Assembly: GCA_017616775.1 (NCBI GenBank)
Contig: JAFZXM010000043.1
Span: forward strand, 32,571 to 96,570
Direction of reading: 5' to 3'
Origin: Bacteroidales bacterium
GTDB taxonomy: Bacteria; Bacteroidota; Bacteroidia; Bacteroidales; WCHB1-69
DNA: 64,000 nucleotides
The notes beneath the pieces are model-generated. The model was not told where the DNA came from. It searched no databases and saw only the letters and a list, made by a program, of their open reading frames with translations. This document shows, one piece after another, positions 17,101 to 25,129 of the stretch. The translations under genes were made by a program, and so were the position numbers. Position 1 is the stretch's first letter, and the number at the start of each line of letters is the position of its first letter.

Positions 17101-18707
17101 ATACAAGCTTTTACAAAGTCCATGAATAACGGGTGCGGATGCAGCACTGTGGAAGAGTATTCGGGATGAAATTGCGTGCCGATATACCACCGGTGAGAGG
17201 GGATTTCCACTATCTCCACCAGGTTGGCGGCAGGATTGATACCCACACATTTCATGCCCTTGCTTTCGCATTCGTCCATATAGCGGTTGTTGAATTCATA
17301 ACGGTGGCGGTGACGCTCACGGATGTGGTCGGTTCTTCCGTAAGCCTCCCATGTGCGGCTGTTTTTTACCAACGCACAATCATAAGCCCCCAAACGCATG
17401 GTGCCGCCCATTTGGGTGATATTTTTTTGCTCTTCCATCATATCAATAACATTGTGCATGGTGCGGGGATCCATTTCACTGCTGTTGGCATCGGCATAAC
17501 CAAGCACATTGCGGGCAAATTCAATAACCATCATTTGCATGCCCAAACAGATGCCGAAGGTGGGAATGTTGCGGGTGCGGGTATAGGCAGCAGCTATAAT
17601 TTTACCTTCAATGCCGCGCTGTCCGAATCCGGGACAGATCACTATGCCCGCCATGGATGATAATTTTTCTTCCACATTGTCGTGTGTGATGAATTCGCTA
17701 TTGATGAAAGTGGTCTTCACCTTGCGGTTGTTATAGGTGCCGGCATGGGCAAGGCTTTCTAAAATGCTCTTATACGCATCCTGTAAGTCATATTTGCCTA
17801 CCAATCCTATATGTACTATCTCCGTGGCATTGTTTCGTTTTTGCAAAAAACAATGCCACGGAGCCATTTCTTCTTGCTGTTTGGAACGGGTGTCTTCCGG
17901 ATTCAGCCCCATTTTTTTCAGGCAGATAGCGTCCAGACCCTGCGCTTGCATGTTGATGGGCACTTCGTAGATACTCGGTAAATCCTGACTTTGAATTACA
18001 GCCTCCACGTCCACATTGCAGAAATGGGCTACCTTGTTTCGCAGTTCATCGTTCAATGTGTGCTCGGTGCGGAGCACCAGCACTTCGGGCTGGATGCCCA
18101 AACCTTGCAGCTGTTTGACACTCGTTTGTGTGGGCTTGGTTTTCAATTCACCTGCTGCCGCCAAATAAGGTACATAGGTGAGGTGTATGCTTAACGCCCT
18201 TGTAGAACCGAGTTCCCATCTCAACTGGCGTATGGCCTCCATAAATGGCTGACTTTCAATGTCGCCGATGGTTCCGCCGATTTCTGTGATAACAAAATCA
18301 AAAGATTCTTTGCCCGCATTCAGTTGTATTCTGCGCTTGATTTCATCGGTGATATGCGGCACCACCTGTATGGTTTTGCCAAGATAGTCCCCGCGGCGTT
18401 CGCGTTCTATTACACTCTGGTAGATGCGCCCCGTGGTAACACTGTTGTTACTGGTGGTTTCAATGCCGGTGAAACGTTCGTAATGACCCAAATCAAGGTC
18501 CGTTTCCTGACCGTCGGTGGTGACATAGCATTCGCCGTGTTCGTAAGGGTTGAGCGTACCGGGGTCAATGTTGATATAAGGGTCAAATTTTTGGATGGTG
18601 ATTTTATAGCCCCTGGCATGGAGCAGTTTCCCTAATGATGCGGAGATGATACCCTTGCCCAGTGAAGAGGTAACGCCTCCAGTGATAAAGATGTAATGAG
18701 TCTCCAT
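17088..18707 (-). CDS. pyrG: CTP synthase
   Basis: The N-terminus is IFITGGVTSSLGKGI and the glutaminase motif is GICLGMQ. It is 539 aa long and overlaps purF by 13 nt. CAAAGGTA at 18721-18728 is a plausible -7 box. Confidence 0.95.
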   Translation of the reverse strand: METHYIFITGGVTSSLGKGIISASLGKLLHARGYKITIQKFDPYINIDPGTLNPYEHGECYVTTDGQETDLDLGHYERFTGIETTSNNSVTTGRIYQSVIERERRGDYLGKTIQVVPHITDEIKRRIQLNAGKESFDFVITEIGGTIGDIESQPFMEAIRQLRWELGSTRALSIHLTYVPYLAAAGELKTKPTQTSVKQLQGLGIQPEVLVLRTEHTLNDELRNKVAHFCNVDVEAVIQSQDLPSIYEVPINMQAQGLDAICLKKMGLNPEDTRSKQQEEMAPWHCFLQKRNNATEIVHIGLVGKYDLQDAYKSILESLAHAGTYNNRKVKTTFINSEFITHDNVEEKLSSMAGIVICPGFGQRGIEGKIIAAAYTRTRNIPTFGICLGMQMMVIEFARNVLGYADANSSEMDPRTMHNVIDMMEEQKNITQMGGTMRLGAYDCALVKNSRTWEAYGRTDHIRERHRHRYEFNNRYMDECESKGMKCVGINPAANLVEIVEIPSHRWYIGTQFHPEYSSTVLHPHPLFMDFVKACIWKH

Positions 18708-18893
18708 AATTAAAAAAAAAGCAAAGGTAGCATTTTGAATTTTATAATGAGTAAAAAAAATGCATGGATAGTCCTCAATATCTTATTTTTAACAATTTTT
18801 TAATATACACGGACTTTTGTTCCGTTCAACAATCGGGAATAAAGACGCAATGTCAGGGGGCGAATGCCGGTTCGGCAAGGGGGGTATTGTTGT

Positions 18894-19430
18894 TTAATAA
18901 ATCAGCAGCCCGGCTATGCCGGCGGCAAAAATAATCCAAATGGGATGAATTTTTTTATATAGCGATAAAGGCAGAGCCAATGCAAAAATGACAAAACTTT
19001 TATAGTCAATGAATATTTCTTTGTTGCACAGCATTAGGGCGGCAGAGGCAATCAGCCCGATGGTGGCGGGACGAAGTCCTGCAAGAGCTTGTTGCACCCA
19101 TTGATTGCCCGATAGTTTTTTTAAGAATATGCAAATGGCTGTCATAATAATAAACGAAGGCATTACCATTGCCGTAGTGGCAATAGCGGCACCTATCCAA
19201 GTCTGGGTAACGCTAAAACCTACGTAGGTAGCGGCATTGATGCCTATCGGTCCGGGAGTGCTTTGTGATATGGCCACAATATTGGCAAATTCCTGCAAGC
19301 TTACCCCCCATTCGGGATGCATGTCCACAATATCATGTTGAATGAGTGAAATAACAGCGTATCCGCCTCCGAAAGCGAAAATGCCTATTTTAAAAAAAGT
19401 GATAAACAAAGACCAATAAACGCTCAGCAT
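18894..19430 (-). CDS. chromate transporter (CHR) family protein, short-chain, second half-gene
   Basis: FAFGGGYAVISL motif. The start is moved to the ATG at 19430 (MLSVYW), which overlaps the upstream stop by 7 nt. Confidence 0.8.
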   Translation of the reverse strand: MLSVYWSLFITFFKIGIFAFGGGYAVISLIQHDIVDMHPEWGVSLQEFANIVAISQSTPGPIGINAATYVGFSVTQTWIGAAIATTAMVMPSFIIMTAICIFLKKLSGNQWVQQALAGLRPATIGLIASAALMLCNKEIFIDYKSFVIFALALPLSLYKKIHPIWIIFAAGIAGLLIY

Positions 19431-19984
19431 GATGAATGATTTTCCGGATGAATGAAACGTGAATAAATGATTCCCCATGCTGCTGCGGCTATAAGGATGT
19501 ATACGGGCGATATTTTACATAGCCATATTAACAAGGTGCTTGCTGTGGTGATAATAAGAGCCGCATAAGAAAAAGGCATTTTTCGGGCAATAGTCCATAC
19601 CGAGGAGGCTATAAGAGCCACCACTGCGGGGCGTATGCCGGCAAATATTTTGACTACATACGGATTGTCTTTAAATTGGTGAAAAAAACAGGCAATTAAT
19701 AATATAATGACAAACGACGGGATAATGCAGGCAAAGGATGCTGCCAGGGCTCCTTTCCATCCTTTTGTTTTATATCCGATATAAATGGCTGAATTAACGG
19801 CTATCACACCGGGAACGGACTGTGTGACGGCCAGCATGTCCACAAAGTCCTTTTCGCTCATCCAATGCCTGTTGTCCACTATTTCTTTCTGCATAAGCGG
19901 AATCATGGCGTAGCCGCCTCCTATGGTAAAGCAGCCTATGCGAAAAAAAGCGGAAAACAATTGCCATAAAACTTTCATAAACAT
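19424..19984 (-). CDS. chromate transporter (CHR) family protein, short-chain, first half-gene
   Basis: FTIGGGYAMIPL motif in a ~186-aa membrane protein. It is paired with the downstream half-gene. Confidence 0.8.
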   Translation of the reverse strand: MFMKVLWQLFSAFFRIGCFTIGGGYAMIPLMQKEIVDNRHWMSEKDFVDMLAVTQSVPGVIAVNSAIYIGYKTKGWKGALAASFACIIPSFVIILLIACFFHQFKDNPYVVKIFAGIRPAVVALIASSVWTIARKMPFSYAALIITTASTLLIWLCKISPVYILIAAAAWGIIYSRFIHPENHSSC

Positions 19985-20056
19985 ATTAACGGAAAAAAAT
20001 CTGTTTTATTATATTTCCTTGTCAGGTATAATTGAAAAAATGCTATCTTTGCGCTC

Positions 20057-20677
20057 ATGCAGGAATACTCGTCAAAAATATTGGAAAATGCAATCAATCA
20101 AATAAGCAAATTGCCCGGTGTGGGTAAAAAAACAGCCGTGCGTTTGGCCTTGTATTTGTTGCGGCTTTCGTCCGAAGAGGTGCATGTGTTTACCGAGTCG
20201 ATAGAAACCTTGAAAAACAAAGTGTTCTTTTGCAAGGAATGTTTTAACATAGCAGATACGGAAATATGTGATATATGTGCCAATATTCAACGGGATAAAA
20301 GTCAGATTTGCGTGGTTCAGGATGTAAGGGATGTTATTGCCATAGAGAACACCGCCGCCTATAAAGGGGTGTATCATGTGCTCGGAGGGGTGATATCGCC
20401 CATGGACGGTATAGGGGTGAATGATTTGAATATTCAAGCTTTGTTCAACAGGTTGGAAGCCAATGATATAAAAGAGCTGATATTTGCCCTGCCCGCCACT
20501 ACAGAAGGGGATACCACAGCCTATTATATAAGCAAACATTTGAAAATCCGTTATCCCGAACTTGCCCTTACCTCCATAGCCAGGGGAGTTTCCGTAGGAA
20601 ACGATTTGGAAAATATAGACGAAATCACTTTGGCGCGTTCCATAGTGCACAGAGTGGAATTTGAAACGGCTTTTTAG
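20057..20677 (+). CDS. recR: recombination protein RecR
   Basis: Helix-hairpin-helix KLPGVGKKTAVRLA, Cys4 finger CKECFNIADTEICDIC and a Toprim region. TATCTTTG (20044-20051) ends 5 nt before the ATG. Confidence 0.95.
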   Translation: MQEYSSKILENAINQISKLPGVGKKTAVRLALYLLRLSSEEVHVFTESIETLKNKVFFCKECFNIADTEICDICANIQRDKSQICVVQDVRDVIAIENTAAYKGVYHVLGGVISPMDGIGVNDLNIQALFNRLEANDIKELIFALPATTEGDTTAYYISKHLKIRYPELALTSIARGVSVGNDLENIDEITLARSIVHRVEFETAF

Positions 20678-21760
20678 GTGGGGGATATGAGTTTTTTGCA
20701 AGAAATCGGAGACTTGTGCTTACAGTCGGTATTAATTGCCATAGTGGTGGTGATGCTGATGATAATTATTGAATATGTGAATGTAAAAACAAGCGGCAAA
20801 TGGATATTTATAGTTAAGCAAAAACATTGGCTGCAAATTTTGCTGGCATCGTTTTTGGGATGGATACCGGGCTGCGTGGGTATGTTTGCTGTGGTATCGT
20901 TATATACACACCGTTTGCTGACATTCGGTGCCTTGTTGGCAGCGAGTATCGCCACATTCGGCGATGAAGCGTTTTTGTTGTTTTCTCTCTTGCCCGAACA
21001 AACCTTGCTTTTATCATTGCTGTTTCTGGCTCTGTCGTGGGGTATAGGCGGTTTGGCGGATGTTTGTATGGGCAAACGGAGTGCTATGAATAAAGAAGAA
21101 GATTATCATTTCCAATTGCATGAAGAAGATACAAAAGCGGAAGAAGCAAAGCCGGAAAAAGAAAACAGAGCATACAGGTGGCTGTTGGTGGCATTGTCGG
21201 TGTTATTCGCTTGTGGTGTTGTCTTCGGCATAAGGGGGCACGACCATATGATAAGTGACACTTTGTTGATGGGGATGAATATGGAACACACACATGTGGA
21301 ATCATACGAAAATATAGCTTTTATATTGCTTGCTCTTATCACTGTTCTGCTGTTATGCGTGGCTAATGGGCATTTTATACGGGAGCATGTGATTAATCAT
21401 GTCATCAAAAAGCATTTTGTCAAAATATTCGTATGGATATGGATAGTGTTGATATTATTGTCAGTAATGCAGCATTCCATGAGTTGGAATACGTTGCTGT
21501 CGCATTCATACGGGCCGTATATAATGTTGTTGTTGGCAATATTGATCGGCTGTATTCCCGAATCGGGTCCGCATGTGATAGTGATATTCATGTATATCAA
21601 CGGAATAGTGCCTCTGACAACCCTGATAGCCAATTCCATAGTTCAGGAAGGTCATGGAGGATTGCCTTTGTTGGCAGAAGAGCCTAAAGGTTTTTTGCGG
21701 ATGAAAGGAATAAAAATATTAATAGCGTTGCTCACAGGTATATTCGGATTATTAATTTAA
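20678..21760 (+). CDS. polytopic membrane protein with His-rich loops, putative metal exporter (10-TM ArsP_2-like)
   Basis: About 10 hydrophobic segments. Motifs GWIPGC and IPESGPH. His/Glu-rich loops (HFQLHEEDTKAEE, GHDHMISD, MEHTHVE). The family assignment is from memory only. The start may be the ATG at 20687. Confidence 0.6.
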   Translation: MGDMSFLQEIGDLCLQSVLIAIVVVMLMIIIEYVNVKTSGKWIFIVKQKHWLQILLASFLGWIPGCVGMFAVVSLYTHRLLTFGALLAASIATFGDEAFLLFSLLPEQTLLLSLLFLALSWGIGGLADVCMGKRSAMNKEEDYHFQLHEEDTKAEEAKPEKENRAYRWLLVALSVLFACGVVFGIRGHDHMISDTLLMGMNMEHTHVESYENIAFILLALITVLLLCVANGHFIREHVINHVIKKHFVKIFVWIWIVLILLSVMQHSMSWNTLLSHSYGPYIMLLLAILIGCIPESGPHVIVIFMYINGIVPLTTLIANSIVQEGHGGLPLLAEEPKGFLRMKGIKILIALLTGIFGLLI

Positions 21761-21767
21761 TAATGAT

Positions 21768-22112
21768 ATGGTAAGGAAAAAATCGCAGATGCAAGTGAGA
21801 TGCCGGGAACAGGTATCCGGCGGAAAGGGACAATTGTTCTCACAGGATTTGTTTGTGGAAAGTGAAATGGCAGGAAAAGCCCGTATGTGTTCAAAAATAA
21901 CGTTGCCGGCAGGTGCCGGCATAGGAGAGCATGCACACGTTCAGGATGCGGAGTTGTATTATGTGCTTAAAGGAGAGCTTACAGTTCACGATAATGGCGA
22001 AGAATATGTTTTGCATGCAGGCGATGCCGTATTTACCGCACTGGGAGGTACGCATAGCGTAAGCAACACAACGGATAACGAAGCGGAATTTTTGGCAGTA
22101 ATCATCAATTAA
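21768..22112 (+). CDS. cupin domain protein
   Basis: A 114-aa protein with GAGIGEHAH...GDAVF...GGTHSV, typical cupin motifs. Confidence 0.7.
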   Translation: MVRKKSQMQVRCREQVSGGKGQLFSQDLFVESEMAGKARMCSKITLPAGAGIGEHAHVQDAELYYVLKGELTVHDNGEEYVLHAGDAVFTALGGTHSVSNTTDNEAEFLAVIIN

Positions 22113-22624
22113 AATAATTTGCAAACAGGGCATATCTCCGGAGCTTTTTTGCCGAAGACAATATGTCCGCAATTGGAGCATTCCCAAATCATATCTTCGT
22201 CTTTGGAAAATACGACTCCGCCTTCCACATTGGCCAGCAATTTGCGGAAACGTTCTTCATGTGTTTTTTCTATCTTGCCAACCGATTCAAACAAATTGGC
22301 GATGTCGTCAAAACCTTCTTCGCGGGCTTCTTTGGCAAAGGTGGCATACATGTCGGTCCATTCATAGTGTTCTCCGTCTGCAGCGTCTTTCAAATTGTCA
22401 ACGGTGCCGGGGATTCCTCCGTCATGGAGCAGCTTGAACCATATTTTTGCATGCTCTTTTTCATTGTTGGCTGTTTCTTCAAACAAATTGCCGATTTGTA
22501 CAAAACCATCTTTTTTTGCCTTGGATGCATAGTAGGAATATTTGTTTCTTGCTTGCGATTCGCCGGCAAATGCCGTTGCTAAATTCTTTTCGGTTTTAGT
22601 TCCTTTTAACTTCATATTTTTCAA
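22109..22624 (-). CDS. rbr: rubrerythrin
   Basis: [27 protein letters not shown] and a C-terminal rubredoxin-like CSNC...CPVC. Confidence 0.9.
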   Translation of the reverse strand: MKNMKLKGTKTEKNLATAFAGESQARNKYSYYASKAKKDGFVQIGNLFEETANNEKEHAKIWFKLLHDGGIPGTVDNLKDAADGEHYEWTDMYATFAKEAREEGFDDIANLFESVGKIEKTHEERFRKLLANVEGGVVFSKDEDMIWECSNCGHIVFGKKAPEICPVCKLF

Positions 22625-22699
22625 TTTTAAATGTTATGTAACGATGTTGCTTGATATGATTATTTTGTAAAAATACAAAAAAAATGGGTTCCTTTTAAC

Positions 22700-22731
22700 G
22701 GATAAGTGAAAATTATGATTATTTTTGCAAA
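22700..22731 (+). repeat. promoter-bearing repeat R1 (GGATAAGTGAAAATTATGATTATTTTTGCAAA)
   Basis: Aligns with R2 (25050-25082) with 2 mismatches and 1 indel. Contains TATTTTTG at 22720-22727. Confidence 0.7.
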
Positions 22732-22793
22732 AAAATAGATTAACAAAAGTTGCATTTGTGACTTGAATGTGGCTTTAAATTTACCAGAAAGGA

Positions 22794-23390
22794 ATGGAGA
22801 AGATCATCAATAAAATATTCAGTTGCACTATTCTATTGTTATGTTGTCAGACAATAAGTATGGGACAAAATAAAGACAACATTCTTTTGAAATACTTTTT
22901 AGCAAAGGAGGAATTTAAAATAGATAATGACATTATGTTTCCAGAAGAAAGTATTCAAAATATAAATTATAGAAAAATTATACATTATGATACAGCATTC
23001 TCTAAATTAGATACTTTATTTGTTGTTTTGCCTGATAATAGAAAATATGAAAAACAAAGGGCGGATGTGGTGCATACGGTGGGTATTCCTAATTTAAAAA
23101 AAATATATTTACATTCTAACCTATTATTGAGATTTATGCAATCTCATGGAAAAAATATTAGTAAACAAACATTTGTTCAGTCTATACCCATTAAAACAGA
23201 TAAAAAAATAGTTGTATTAAAATGTAATTGGTATACTCTAGTATTTGAAAAGAAAAAAGGAAACAAGTATGAACTAAAAAATGTAGATCAAGAGGATTTT
23301 TTCGATTACGTAAAAAAAATGAAAGTATCCCAAAATATGGATAACAATTGTAACCAATTACCTTTGCAAAATGAAAAGGATAAACAATAG
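22794..23390 (+). CDS. secreted hypothetical protein (island gene 1)
   Basis: A 198-aa, strongly AT-rich ORF with signal-like CTILLLCCQTISMGQ. I recognise no family. Confidence 0.6.
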   Translation: MEKIINKIFSCTILLLCCQTISMGQNKDNILLKYFLAKEEFKIDNDIMFPEESIQNINYRKIIHYDTAFSKLDTLFVVLPDNRKYEKQRADVVHTVGIPNLKKIYLHSNLLLRFMQSHGKNISKQTFVQSIPIKTDKKIVVLKCNWYTLVFEKKKGNKYELKNVDQEDFFDYVKKMKVSQNMDNNCNQLPLQNEKDKQ

Positions 23391-23565
23391 CAACATGGTA
23401 CTAACGCTTAACGGACAGCAACAACCCATACAGCCTATGTTGCAAAGTGCTATGTTTTATCCTAACAGCTGTTTAACCGCCACATTTAAGTCACAAATAC
23501 AAATTTAATAAAAAAATATTGTTTGCAACAATTACAAAAAAATAGATTACTTTTTATAGGCGAAA

Positions 23566-23591
23566 GAAAAATTTGATTACTTTTGTAAATC
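23566..23591 (+). repeat. promoter-bearing repeat R3 (GAAAAATTTGATTACTTTTGTAAATC)
   Basis: Aligns with the 3' part of R2 (GAAAAATTATGATTACTTTTGCAAATC). TACTTTTG at 23578-23585 ends 52 nt before the ATG at 23637, the same spacing as R2 to sulP. Confidence 0.65.
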
Positions 23592-23636
23592 AATTTTAGA
23601 AAATTCTACAATAGGGAGTTTTGAAAAAAAATATTA

Positions 23637-23882
23637 ATGATAGTAAAATTAAAGAATGAATTGTATAATATGTTGAATAACAGCATAGCGAAGAAATATA
23701 TAAAGTCTATGACTATTCTTAATCCCAAATATGTGAAGGTTTGCATAGAAGAGGACGATATGTTAAATATAAGAGAATGGGCGTGTGATGAATTGCAAAA
23801 GAAAGGGTTTGATGAAACTTATGCTTTAACAAATGAAGGGGAGAACCTTGAAGAGCTAATAGATATATTTATCGGTAAATAA
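23637..23882 (+). CDS. hypothetical 81-aa acidic protein (island gene 2)
   Basis: An ORF with an ATG start; the next ORF begins 4-10 nt later. I recognise no family. Confidence 0.55.
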   Translation: MIVKLKNELYNMLNNSIAKKYIKSMTILNPKYVKVCIEEDDMLNIREWACDELQKKGFDETYALTNEGENLEELIDIFIGK

Positions 23883-23892
23883 TAATGTGAAA

Positions 23893-24495
23893 ATGAATAT
23901 TAATGAACACATAATGAACCCCAATATTCTTGCCCGACTGAAAAGACTGCTTTCCGAAATGTCATATTGGAGAAAGCCAAAACTGTTTCTTACAAACGCC
24001 CACATGTTTGAAGCAGACAATGACATCAATAAAAAGGCAGAATATTTTGAAAAGAATCGAATCTATATCAGTATCTATAGGACTATTAAGCATTATGCAA
24101 TTGTAACTGGTTATCGGACAGAATCCGGGATATGGCTTTCCGGAGAGCCTGTTTGGCTGCTTCCTTTGGATACTACATCAGAAGAACTTTCAAAGGTGAT
24201 ATCGGAAGGATTAAGTCATAGTCGTTCTGTTTCAGAGCCAGAGGAAGATATAATCCGAATGAGCAATAAGAACAATTTGTTGAAGCGGATGAAAGAAAGG
24301 TCGTGGAGCAGTTTGTATAGAAACTCCAAATGTTGTTCAGTTGATGTCGGAAACAATGAAATAATAATCACACCATGGATTTCTTCTGTTTCACAAAGAG
24401 GATTGGTGTCGGATTCGGATAGAGTTGTCAGATTGGCGTTTGTGGCATCGAATCACATGGATATTGCCCAAGCGGTTATGGATATGTTGCGTTGA
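23893..24495 (+). CDS. hypothetical 200-aa protein (island gene 3), possibly an immunity-type protein
   Basis: The tracked start at 23887 is GTG; the first ATG is at 23893 (MNINEH). It has no signal peptide and I recognise no family. Confidence 0.55.
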   Translation: MNINEHIMNPNILARLKRLLSEMSYWRKPKLFLTNAHMFEADNDINKKAEYFEKNRIYISIYRTIKHYAIVTGYRTESGIWLSGEPVWLLPLDTTSEELSKVISEGLSHSRSVSEPEEDIIRMSNKNNLLKRMKERSWSSLYRNSKCCSVDVGNNEIIITPWISSVSQRGLVSDSDRVVRLAFVASNHMDIAQAVMDMLR

Positions 24496-24591
24496 GCATG
24501 TATATAAACATATAATCTATAATTCACTTTTCCAAAAGCGTTTTTTTGTATCTTTGCATTTTGTAAATAAACAACATTAACAGAGTGTGAT

Positions 24592-25029
24592 ATGAAAAAG
24601 TCAGTCATCCTTTTGCTGTTGGCCTTTTTGGGGCTGGAGTGTTATTCCCAGCTTGTGCACTATGGTTATCCTACGGAGCGGGAAGCGCTTCCTAAGAAGT
24701 CCGTTGTGGTACTGAACATTCCGCATCATCAAATGACAGGTGGATATTATTTTATAAATGAAGAGCAGATAGACAGTCTGGTTGCTTTCCTTGTCATCAA
24801 TGACACCAACAGGTTGCGGATAGAAATCAATTGCTTTTATGGTCCCGCTGCTAATGAATATGCTTCAAAAAAATTGTGCATACGTTTAAAAGAAATTTTG
24901 GAGAAAAAAACGTCTTTGAAGAATTATTACATCGTCAGTAAAGGAGACAGCAATCCCGTTTATTGCAGTGAGGTGAAGGACAGCTATTACTTTGCACGGA
25001 ACACGCGGATGGAGATTTTTGTGGAATGA
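24592..25029 (+). CDS. secreted protein with degenerate OmpA-like C-terminal domain (island gene 4)
   Basis: Signal peptide MKKSVILLLLAFLGLECYSQ. The C-terminus GDSNPVY...ARNTRMEIFV resembles the OmpA-family G.S.P...NRRVEI pattern. Confidence 0.55.
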   Translation: MKKSVILLLLAFLGLECYSQLVHYGYPTEREALPKKSVVVLNIPHHQMTGGYYFINEEQIDSLVAFLVINDTNRLRIEINCFYGPAANEYASKKLCIRLKEILEKKTSLKNYYIVSKGDSNPVYCSEVKDSYYFARNTRMEIFVE

Positions 25030-25049
25030 AAAAATATCCATGGTGTAAT

Positions 25050-25082
25050 GGATAAATGAAAAATTATGATTACTTTTGCAAA
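25050..25082 (+). repeat. promoter-bearing repeat R2 (GGATAAATGAAAAATTATGATTACTTTTGCAAA)
   Basis: See R1 and R3. TACTTTTG at 25071-25078 ends 52 nt before the sulP ATG. Confidence 0.7.
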
Positions 25083-25129
25083 TCTATTCAATAGCATATT
25101 TAGAAGTAAATTAAATAATCAATATCAAC

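Noticed and set aside
17101-17271. The tracked 57-codon N-terminal extension of PurF.
   Set aside because: It overlaps the 3' end of pyrG. PurF needs the Cys of MET..HQCGV close to the N-terminus as its nucleophile, and the ATG at 17100 provides that.
25036-25053. The hairpin ATCCAT-ggtgta-ATGGAT after island gene 4, overlapping the start of repeat R2, considered as a recombination site.
   Set aside because: It is only a 6-bp AT-rich stem with no T-run. The equivalent position at R1 has no matching arm, so it cannot be distinguished from chance.
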